Shown here in pieces: positions 49,551 through 59,831 of a DNA stretch of 64,000 nucleotides (within the stretch, counting starts at the first letter, position 1; each line of letters begins with the position of its first letter). A model generated the notes under the pieces. The model saw only the letters and a program-made list of their open reading frames with translations. It was not told the origin of the DNA and searched no databases. The DNA lies in the NCBI GenBank assembly GCA_002269645.1, contig NIVC01000989.1, forward strand, positions 327,627 through 391,626. Direction: 5' to 3'. A program made the translations under genes and the position numbers. The stretch is from Macrostomum lignano (Eukaryota).

Positions 49551-50241
49551 CAAGGGTCCGCAATCTCCGGCCTGAGGGCCAAATGTGGCCCACAAAGCCT
49601 CTCTATCCGGCCCTTGGGTCCTTTGAATCTTCACAATAGCAATCCGGCCTGCTCGATGTTTTTGTCTCTTCTCAGCTCTCTTCTCTCTCCTCTCTCTTCT
49701 CCTATCCTCTACTCTCCTCTCCCCTCCTCTCCTCTCCTCTCCTCTCCTCTCCTCACATCTCCTCTCCTCTCCTCTCTCCTTTCCTCTCATCTCCTCACCT
49801 CTCCTCACTTCTCTTCACCCCTCCTATCTCCTCACCTCTCTCCTCTCCTCTCATCTCCTCACCTCTCCTCACTTCTCTTCACTCCTATCTCCTCACCTCT
49901 CTCCTCTCCTCTCATCTCCCGTTTCCTCTCCATTCTCTTCTCCCTTCTCTCTCTCCTTTCATTCTCTCCTCTCTATTATATTTCGACTCTCCTTTCCTCA
50001 TTCATCTCCCCTCTCTTCTCTCGTCTCCTTTTTTTATCTCTCTTCTATTTTATTCCTTCGCCTCTCCCTTCTCCTGCGCTCGTATTTCTCTTCTCTATTC
50101 CCTATCCTCTCTCCCTATAGCCCGCAGTCATCAAGGACGATCCTGGGCGCGCGTTTCGCTTAGGGGGCCAGCAAGGCGGACCCAGAAGGGCAGTCTGGGC
50201 CCTCAATCTGGCCCTTGAGGTAAAAAGTTTTCTGACCCCTG
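49551..50241 (+). mobile_element. hAT-like MITE with a ~450-bp internal CT microsatellite (family copy 3)
   Basis: CAAGGGTCCGCAATCT...GGCCCTTGAGGTAAAAAGTTTTCTGACCCCTG. TSD TACTAAAA/CACTAAAA (7/8). Confidence 0.82.
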
Positions 50242-51983
50242 CACTAAAAGCACTATAGGCTTCAAGGCACATTAGATGAACCACTGTATTGAATGGGATT
50301 GAGAACACAGGATATAGGAGCCATATGTGGCACACACTACACACTACATTCAAAAGGATATAAAAGATGGATGTGTGCTACTCAGGGGTTACCTTCTCTC
50401 CAAGAGTAGCTCAATGCTTATCGTTTTTGTCTGCGGTTTTCATAACGGAGAGCGGGAATGAGCATTCTGGGTGATATTTTGTGTCGTATATATTGAGCAG
50501 AGAGAGTGAGAGCCCCGCATTGAATGTAATTTACAGGTAGCTGTTATTCGGAAAGCAATGCTTTGATAGATTTTTCGTCAATAGTGTGTATGTAGTGTAT
50601 TGATGTGATACTACAGTAAATGCTCAGCGATGATGATCACTGAAACACCTGAGGTCAAAATTAGGAAATTTTCGAAGTTAAGATCAATCCTTGACTCTTA
50701 CACGTATCACGGTTGAAAAAAAAGTTTTGTTTCTTCAAATCAAACTTACGCAGGCAGACGCATTTAATGGCTAATCATAAATTAGGGCACAGAAAGATGT
50801 ATGACAGTAGAATAACCAGATAAAGGCATCGAATTCGCACTGTAAACTGTAAGGAAACAAAAGCAAATAATTTTAATTAGAACATCAATCCAGGTTTAAA
50901 GAAGTTCAGCTTCACAAGGAGCTACAGTATGCATAGGCGACAGGAATGCACACAGAAGAGAGTGATATCGCGCTTTGGAGTGTTGCAATTAAGCAAAATC
51001 TGAACTGGTTGCACTGTCTTCCAGAAAACACGATGGTTGCAAACTCAAGGTTAAATATTGCTGCTCAATTGGTGAAAAAATTCTCACTTTTTTCTTTCAC
51101 ATGCTGATTATTGTTTTCCTATTTGTCCTACTAGCGAAGCGAGCAACTTTACTTTAAATAGCTTATATTGTTGCTAAAGTTAAAATACTTCATGGATTGG
51201 CTTTTATGTCAATGATATCTCGCTTTGAATCGTGACTTCTCTTTGAACCCGTTCATCAGAGAGGACCTAAAAAAGTGATCGGCTTAGTTTTGATGTTAAA
51301 TCTTGATCAACTTTATCTACTAGCGTACTCAAGTTTTAGCCATTTAACATAAAATAAATCTTTATAACGCTCTTAGAATAATTATTAAACTGTTCGATTC
51401 GACCCTGTTTACATTTTTTCTATCGTTCTCTACGAGCTAGTTCACGGCGATCCCCCGCACCGGTAGCGAGAAAAAAAATTGTTTTCAACCGCGAGCCTTA
51501 AAGAACAAATGCTTTCTTTCCTCGTGATGCGCCAAACGGATTGCGGCAAGGAAGTTTGGGGAATTCCCAATCGGAAAGTTCAGTGCAGCGTTAGAGGACG
51601 AAAAACACAGGGCTGACGGAAGCGGTTCAACAGCGAACAGTTCGTCAGCTAAGCGGACAAACATGTTTACCGGTAGCGAACGGGGACTCTGAAAGTTCGT
51701 GGTGCACACCTATCTGAGGGTGCTGCTGGATTCTTCATCTGAATACGTCAGAACTTTTACAGAACTGGATACCTTCAACCAACAACTGCCAATCGGATTC
51801 TCCACTTCCCTGGGCCAATCTTGACCAGCCCAGCCGCAGTCAAAACACTTTGGTGCCGGGGGTTCCCCAGCCCATTCCGAACTGCCGACGTCAACATAAT
51901 TCGAACTCTTACGAAGGTCGAACAAAACTAAGGTGCAAAACAGATCGATGCATCGCCTAAGAGTTCGAAAAACAACTCCAGTC

Positions 51984-51991
51984 TATATATA
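51984..51991 (+). promoter_or_regulatory. Candidate TATA box for the CYP gene
   Basis: TATATATA about 95 bp upstream of the CYP ATG. Position is the only evidence. Confidence 0.35.
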
Positions 51992-52084
51992 CGATACAGG
52001 TGAAGGCCTGTCCAGCAACAAATCTCCAAGGAGCTCATTCAGCGCTAGAAAGCTTTACTGCCAAGCTAGCTCGAATACCCCAGC

Positions 52085-53678
52085 ATGAACTTCATCAAGG
52101 ATTCGATCTTCGGACGGCCGAACGAGCCGGAGAAGCTCAAGAAGAAGATCCCGGGGCCCGGAGTGCCGATTCTGGGCGACCTGCCGACCGCCACCAAGTG
52201 GACGCTGGTGAACCCGGGCAAGCTGCCGATGCACCGCACCCTGGAGCTGCACGGCCAGTTCGGCCCGGTCTACTCCTTCGGCGTCGGCTCGGCCACCTTC
52301 GTGATCGTCGGCGACCCGGCCATGTTCCGCCAGGTGCTCACTCACGAGGACTTTCAGGAGCACATCAACCTGCCATTCCTCAAGACCTTCGGCGCCCGCA
52401 AAGGAATATTCATGGCCGACTACGAGCGCTGGAAGGTGCACCGCCGTTTCAGCCATCGCATCCTGCGAGACCTGGGCTTCGGCAAGATTCAGATGCAGGT
52501 GAGAGACGCAGCTGATCATGGTTGAGTTCAGGTACAGCCCATTCAATCATTCAGGCATTCAAAATCAAGCACTGTTACTCCCCTCTCCCCCCAATCAGGA
52601 CAACATCCTCCGTGAGGCAACTCACCTGGTGGACGATCTCCGGTCGCGCTGCTCGGAGCCGGTGGAGACGCGCGCCGCCATGTCCTGCGCCGTGTCCAAT
52701 GTCATCAACCAGCTGGTGTTCGGCAAGCGGTTCGACTACAGCGAGCCGGAGTTCGCCAGGCAGCTAGACAACGCCCGCATGGTCACCAACATCAGCCTGA
52801 CTCTCGTGTTCTTCCCCATGATGTTCCCCTGGCTGGAGGGCCACCCGGACGTCATGAAGGCCTTGCCGGGCTCCGCCAGCTTCGCCGAGGGTTACGCCTT
52901 CATCAAGGCCTTCTGCAAGCGCGAGATCGCCTGGCACAAGGAGAAGCTTGACTTCAACAATAACGAGGCCGACCAGCCAGAGGACTTCATCACCGCATTC
53001 CTCCGCGAGCAGGCGCGCCAGGACCCCGACTCGGAGCACTACTTCACTGACGACGATCTGTGCGACATTGTGGCCGACTTCTTCGTGGCCGGCACCGACA
53101 CCACGGCCGTGGCGCTCACCTGGGCCGCCCTGCTGCTGGCCAAGCACCAGGACGTGCAGGACAAAGTCCGCGCCGAACTCTTCCACCTCGGCGACGCCAT
53201 CCTGGAGAAGCAGGCCGGCCTGCACTACACCCGCGCCTTCTGGGACGAGGTGCTGCGTTACTGCATGCTGGTGCCCATCAACATGCGCCACTCCGTCCAC
53301 GAGACCAGCATCGGCGGCTACCGCATCCCGGCCGACACGGTGGTCGGCGCCAACGCCTACGCTGTGTCGCGCAATGCCGAGCTCTTCCCCGAGCCGGAGA
53401 CATTCCGGCCGGCGCGGTTCCTGGACGCCGAAGGCTGCTACTGCCGCAGCCCATCCATGGAAGGCCTCGTGTTCGGCGCCGGCAAGCGGGGCTGCATGGG
53501 CGAGAGCCTCGCCCGCATGGAGATGCTGGTCTTCCTGGCCAGCCTGGTGCAGAACTTCCAGCTGGAGCTGCCGGAAAAGGAACGCTCGAGGCTCATCGAG
53601 ATCTTCATCGGCGAGGACGGCGCGGTGCACCAGCCGAAGCAGCACCGGATTCTGTTCACCGAGCTGCACATGGACTGA
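52085..53678 (+). CDS. Cytochrome P450, clan 2 (CYP2-like). Exons 52085-52498 and 52599-53678
   Basis: PGPGVPILGDL proline-rich motif, WKVHRRF (WxxxR), AGTDTT I-helix, EVLR (ExxR), FRPARF, heme motif FGAGKRGCMG. 100-nt phase-0 GT-AG intron. Confidence 0.96.
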
Positions 53679-54289
53679 GCCTTATTACCCTTGACAATTG
53701 CCTCTACTTGTCTGCTAGTGCCGGTTCTATTTTTGTTCCACGTTTCTCTGGTCTGCAGATTCCCAAGTGTAATTGAATGGCCTATTAGTACAAAAAACTA
53801 TTTTTCTCCCCTGGAAATCCCTTACCACGAAGGAATTTTTTGGTTGTTCACCTCTCGTGTACAAAGTTTGCATCTAAAAATAAAAACGCACTGCGCTCGT
53901 ACAGAAGCGCAATTGCAAGATACGGCAGTCGGATTCAATACTCATCATTTGTCCTGGCAGTTGTAAAGAACGTCTTTCGGTCGAGGCACCGCCAGAGAAA
54001 CGAGTCTTAAAGCCTTGTTCACGGCAATGGGGTATTCAAATATTAAGCCTGGGCGTTGGAGCAACCAATTTAATATAGCTTTTTGCAATGGGCTTACGGG
54101 CATTGAAATTAATCCAAGATTTAAGTCAATGTAACGGGGCTTTTGTCTATGGTAGCAAGCCATGGTACAGCACCATTTAATTTGGTAAAAAACAGAATTT
54201 GATTCATAGCTTCATTTGCAACAGCTGTGGTGGAGCAAGATCAGCCCCAGAATTGTGGACCATATGCTAGGCTGTCAAACGAATGCTAT

Positions 54290-54920
54290 TGACTTGTGCT
54301 CGAAGAGCTCGATAGAGGTGAACACCCAAATGACATTGCAAGGTTGCTGAATGTAAAAAAATGGTTTACAGCATCCATCACCGCTTTGAAACTCTACCGG
54401 CAGAGATTTCCTGCGAAAGGGTGGCAATCGCCAAGGCAAGTTGCTCGAGAGCCTCAAGTCCAACTGGCTACTCGATGCAGTTGAGACGAACCCTTTGTTG
54501 ACGGTGCAAAAAAATGCAGCAGAATTTGTAGGAACAGTTCCAGTTGGTTATCAGATTTCGACCATCAGCAGAGCTCTGGAAAAGAGACTAAAATTTGTTG
54601 GTAGGATGCTGACATTCCAGCGGTACGCAACAACCCACAGACGGTTGCGAAGGCAGGAGCGTTTGAACCAAGTTGATGCTTGTTGGACCAAATTAAATGC
54701 CACTGTGCCAGCCTTGCTACCATAGACGAAAGCACCGTTACATTGGCAAACGTGTCTTGGATTAAATTCAATGCGCGTAGGCTCAAATGGACTGCAGAAA
54801 GCTATAAATACCAATATTGGCTCTTTGTGTTAGCTTGGTACACTTTGGTTTTAACCATAGGTCAATTGGCATGGAAAACAGTCCATCGCCTCGGAGTACT
54901 TGTACAAAGAGCAACATGAA
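54290..54920 (+). mobile_element. Degraded IS630/Tc1-like transposase
   Basis: Frameshifted pieces: HTH IARLLNVKK, then LLDAVETNPLLTV, ISTISRALEKRL, and IDES (first catalytic D motif). Termini were not identified. Confidence 0.6.
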
Positions 54921-55113
54921 GGAATTGAACGATTTAAGCTAATTACAACTAAAAAAATTCAGAAAGCTACAAACTCACTTATTGCATGGCAGCTGCTTGG
55001 GCTGATGAAACTAATCCTGGTCTGATGGTGAAGAATTACGAAGGAATGAGTTGGCTGTTGACTTGTAAGAGATGCCTCTGGTGGCTTCTAACGCCAAGGA
55101 AACTGCTCCTCTG

Positions 55114-56617
55114 TGTTAGCATTGTGATGAACTTTTATTTAACTAACAAATGCACTTTATTTACAAGCCGTTCATGGCTGCAAATGTCAATGGATATTTA
55201 GTTCGTGAGCATAGCTCGTACTGTACGAAAAGAGCCACGAAATATAATGAAAGAGTAAAAATGTCTGTTGAGATGAGCTACATGTAAAAATCTGATACTC
55301 AAAATAATTAAAGGACTGGAAATCATTTCTAAGAAAACCAACACTGGCGACGAGGATGGGATTACTGTACAGAAGTTTTTCGGCTGGTTATTCCAAAGCT
55401 GGAGCGTTCCGCAACTCTGCGATTGCTGCACGAAGGGCATATCGGACCTGAGAAGATGAAATCTATAGCTAGACAATGTGTTTGGTGGCCCGATGTAGAT
55501 CGAGACATCGAAAAGTACTCAAAAGGATGCAATTCATGTCGGATGAACAAGGATCACGGAATAACTCGACAATGGACTTCTTGGCCGGACGAGACCCAGT
55601 GCTGGTCGAGAGTTCACATGGAATACGCAGGACCTATGAAGGGAGGAAACTACCTGCTAGTACTAATTGATGCGTTCAGCAAATGGGCTGAAGTTCACGT
55701 GACTAAAGGAACCTCTTCATCTGAGACCATCAAGCGATTGCGAAGAACGTTCGCTCAAGAAGGCGTGCCTGTGACTATTGTTTCGGACAACGGACCTCAA
55801 TTCGTATCGAAAGAAATGGAAGGTTGGCTAAGAGGAATCAACTGCCGACATGTTCTCACACCACCTTATCATCCAAGGTCAAACAGATTGGCCGAGCGCT
55901 TTGTGAGAGACCTAAAAATCACATCAGAGCTGCAGAGGAAGGCGACCTTCAGAGCTGCGTCGACCGGTTTCTACTGCAATACAGGAATTCAAAACACTCA
56001 ACAACTGGGAAATCGTCCTCTGAGCTGATGAGAGGATATCTGCTCCGCACTCCAGCATTCTCTCTGGCACGTGAGCCAGTCTGGGTAAGAACGAGATGAC
56101 TAAATGGAAGTCTGGTGAAGTAGACGCAACGGAGGGAAATGTTGTGGTCGACGTTGAGCTGGAGGACGGAAGGCGCGGCGCGGACGCCACCATCGTGAAC
56201 AAACAAAACCGAAGATCTCCGGTTCTGATGACCTGGTGGAAACGGAGACGGAAGAACCTGCTGAACAAGGATCTGGTCTTTGCAGAAGTCAGCGCCATCG
56301 ACGAGTACCAGTGCGACTGAATTATCACAAGGTGGGTGTGCCTACCTAACTGTAAACTAACGGGAAGGAGTGTTAGCATTGTGATGAACTTTTATTTAGT
56401 TAACAAATGCACTTTATTTACAAGCCGTTCATGGCTGCAAATGTCTATGGACATTTAGTTCGTGAGCATAGCTCGTACTGTACGAAAAGAGCCACGAAAT
56501 ATAATGAAAGAGATGAGTCTGTGAAAGAATAATGAAAGAAATGTCTGTTGAGATGATCTAAAGAGCTGATACTCAAAATAATTAAAGGACTGGAAATCAT
56601 TTCTAAGAAAACAAACA
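55114..56617 (+). mobile_element. Internally deleted Gypsy-type LTR element: LTRs 55114-55343 and 56371-56617, PBS, integrase remnant, PPT, 5-bp TSD CTCTG
   Basis: LTRs run TGTTAG...AACA. PBS TGGCGACGAGG follows the 5' LTR. PPT AACGGGAAGGAG precedes the 3' LTR. Integrase has HHCC (LHEGH.G...WWP...C..C), VSDNGPQF and LAERFV, with a frameshift near 55910. Confidence 0.93.
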
Positions 56618-57065
56618 CTCTGGTAGCTGTTGACTTAGCAAGAGACGTCTTTGGTGTCGCTACTGACGCCAAGGAAACTGCTCCTCTGGTAGCTGTTGAC
56701 TCTCAAGAGATGTCTTTGGGGTCGCTACTGACGCCAAGGAAACTGCTCCTCTGGTAGCTGTTGACTCTCAAGAGATGTCTTTGGGGTCGCTACTGACGCC
56801 AAGGAAACTGCTCCTCTGGTAGCTGTTGACTCTCAAGAGATGTCTTTGGGGTCGCAACTGACGCCAAGGAAACTGCTCCTCTGGTAGCTGTTGACTCTCA
56901 AGAGACGTCTTTGGTGTCGCTCCTGACGCCAAGGAAACTGCTCCTCTGGTAGCTGTTGACTCTCAAGAGACGTCTTTGGTGTCGCTCCTGACGCCAAGGA
57001 AACTGCTCCTCTGGTAGCTGTTGACTCTCAAGAGACGTCTTGGGGTCGCTACTGATGCCAAGGAA
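56618..57065. repeat. 65-bp tandem repeat, ~7 copies plus a partial copy at ~55050-55113 left of the LTR insertion, and an inverted copy at 57096-57141
   Basis: Unit GCCAAGGAAACTGCTCCTCTGGTAGCTGTTGACTCTCAAGAGATGTCTTTGGGGTCGCTACTGAC, spacing 56668->56733. Confidence 0.93.
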
Positions 57066-58316
57066 ACTGCTGGAAACTGGAAACTGGAAACTCCTCAGGA
57101 GCGACCCCAGAGACGTCTCTTGCCAAGTCAACAGCTACCAGCTGAGGCTCAACGATACCAAGAATTCCCTTCGTGCATTCTGAGCACTTTTACGGCTTAC
57201 CCCACAAAGGCTTGTCTTACAGTCCCTTAGACAACTTTTTTTTCTGTCGGCGTCCAGGCGTTGGCGTTGTAAATTCTGGTTGAGTTTGCAATCACAATTT
57301 CGAGCATTCTTTGCATCGAAAAAGTGTTCATATTTGGTGGTGTGGTCACATAAAGTGACCATACAGTTATCTGTGTACATGACATCTGTGTACACCTAAA
57401 TAAAATTTACAATGTAACATTCACATTTACATTTTACATTAAATAAATGTGTAGAATGTGGAAAATACATTTTACATTTACAGTACCTAATAGGTACATT
57501 GTTATGGTACATTTGCTGCATATCTTCTTTTAACACGTCCGTCCTCGATCAGTGCCCCCGCATCGTAAATGCTATATCCATGTAGTATACGTCCCAGCAT
57601 CATCCTTATCAGCTTCGACTTTCTAGATTGACAGCTAAAAGACACTGTATACAGCCGGCAGCTAGGATTTATTTTAGTCCTAAAAGATAGCCCTTTTCCT
57701 ATAGCTTGAATTATGATCGATTTCGAAGGAGATTGTTTTGGCGAGTCGAGGGTACTAGCCAGGGGTGCAGTATGTACATGGCGGTGGATGAGCTAAATCT
57801 CCAGGTGATTTCGACTTTTAAAATTGTCTTTAAGCTATGCAGCTGCTCGCCTACATCCGCATGGTGCTACATGTACCTTAACTTGAGGCTGACCATGTGA
57901 CAGAAGTGTGGAAAGTCAGGGAATTAAAAGTGATTGATTTGTGTGCGCTTTGAGGCCCGAAAAGCCAAATTAAGATCAATATAGCTAAGAGAAGCCGAAC
58001 CCTTCATTCTCAATATGCATGTATGTGTACATGTACAGGTCAATTTTCAGATATGAAATTTTTAATTCAGTGTACATACATGTAGAGTGTATTTGATCCG
58101 TTCTGCATGTGCTAGACGAATGGCTATCGCAAAGAACTTAGTAAATGATAGAATGAAACAATATAATTGATAGATGCTCCTCATCAGAAGTGCCTACTTA
58201 TTTTTAGTATAATAGGCGTGTCAGTTGCACATCTACCCATTAATTGGTAAGTATAGTCAATTATTATTATTATTATTAAGCGTCATTGCAATTTACATGA
58301 GAGGGAGCTTTTGACA

Positions 58317-59080
58317 TCACTGAAGTACAACAAATTTTAACCAATCGTTGCTATTCTCGATTTCCCATTCAACTTGGGCGTCAGTGAATTGCAGAGGTCG
58401 GCACTTTTGAAGATTTTTATTGTATAGCACGCTTCTTATACTCGAGGCAGTTTTAGTGAAGGCGAAGCACTCAAGCACGTCGGTGATGTGATGAAAATCG
58501 CTGTAGCAGTACTGGTGATTGTACATTGTGCGTTTTAAGGGCACCTGTACCCAGCTGACGAAAGAATCCAATTCAGTGGTGACATGCACAAACTCGCAGG
58601 CAAATCCTTTCTTTTTATCTACGCAATGGTTGTCTATCAGCTTGTAGCTGTTACCTCTTGCTTTCAACACGCAGTCCTGATTCCCGTTGTTGTTCGGCAT
58701 CCCGCTAAACCACAGGGCGCTATCCAGCGGCAGGTTTTCATTACCGTTAATCGTCTGCCAAACCCGACTGAGATGTGAGTCGTTCGTCCGCGAGGTCGGT
58801 CACTCCGAGCCACAAATGGCTGGAGTTGGCCATGCTCAACATGCTGCTGAGCAGCTTCAACGTTTCGTACGAGTTGATGAGCTCGCCACCGATCGATGCG
58901 CACTGCCGGTTGGCCTCACACCAGTCGAAGACATCTGAACTGTTCACAAAGATGCACCTGCCGGACTCGATTTTGAACGGTGCGGGACACGCAGCTTGCT
59001 GTTGTTGCTGCTTGGTTAAGCCAACTTGCAGAAGCAGCACTACCAGAGCTATGGTCGAAGCTGTTTTGACGACGCTAAAC
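58317..59080 (-). pseudogene. Intronless secreted C-type lectin with a degenerate PAN/apple-like tail; one frameshift (~58780) and no in-frame ATG
   Basis: Signal-like STIALVVLLLQVGLT, then CPAPF...GRC...WCEANRQCASIGGEL, WLGVTDLADE | RVWQTING...LWFSGMPNN.GNQDC...DNHC....GFACE. Confidence 0.75.
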
Positions 59081-59831
59081 TAACTCAGCTTTCATAGTCT
59101 GACCTTCGATAGCGGATACACCAGATTCAACCGACGACTGAAGGGATCGGCATCAAGCATTGCAGAGCTTAAATACAGACAAATGCTGATTGCTGATTGA
59201 CTGCTTTGAATGGAAGTTTTTCGTTGCTTTTTTTGTCTTTATTCTTGAAGCCTTAGATGGTTGTTTGACAAACATAAAAGGAAGCTTCGAGATGTTTTGA
59301 CTTAAGGGCATTTTTACTGTCATTTACTGCTCAAAAACATGCTTTTAAAAACGCTCTGCTCTCCATTGTATAGACAGACAATGTCCATTAAAAAGTCACA
59401 GCGAGGCAAATGCACACAACAGATTGACTATACAGAATCAGTTGCCATTAGCTTTGCCAAAGCTTTAGCGAAAATGCATGGTTATTTCTGTTCGCAATTA
59501 TGATAGTTTGCTTTGCCACGCACCTGTTTCCCTAGCTGATGGATGAAAAGATATACACATTCGAAAACTTAACTATAATCATAACGAAAATATAACTTCG
59601 AAGTTAGCTATAAACTTGGCAGATTATTTTGGAAATCCAGGGATTATCGGAATAAAAGCACTGCAATAATTTTTATCGCATGAAATTATTTCATCTGCAG
59701 ATACAATATAGCCAAGCAATCTAATGTAAACAATGGTCGAAATGTTTTCTTATTGGACTTGCTTTGGAAATATAAGTAGAACGTGGTGAAACAGTCAGTG
59801 TTTCAGCGTTTTACATTTCGATAGTTGTGCA

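Noticed and set aside
50390-50650. Minus-strand segment bounded by AG/GT splice-like sites
   Set aside because: Stops occur in all frames and there is no link to a gene. At most a non-coding exon, which is unsupported.
51485-51925. Coding-like island upstream of the CYP (plus frame broken mostly by TGA, hinting at TGA=Trp)
   Set aside because: No recognisable protein family in any frame, a TAA also interrupts that frame, and neighbouring genes use the standard code. Evidence is insufficient.
52000-53776. Long overlapping alternative-frame and antisense ORFs over the CYP; horizontal transfer suggested by high GC
   Set aside because: Very high GC3 suppresses stops in other frames. The protein has animal clan-2 features and a spliceosomal intron.
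57135-57395. 86-aa minus-strand ORF next to the 65-bp array
   Set aside because: No motif recognised, and it partly overlaps the inverted repeat copy.
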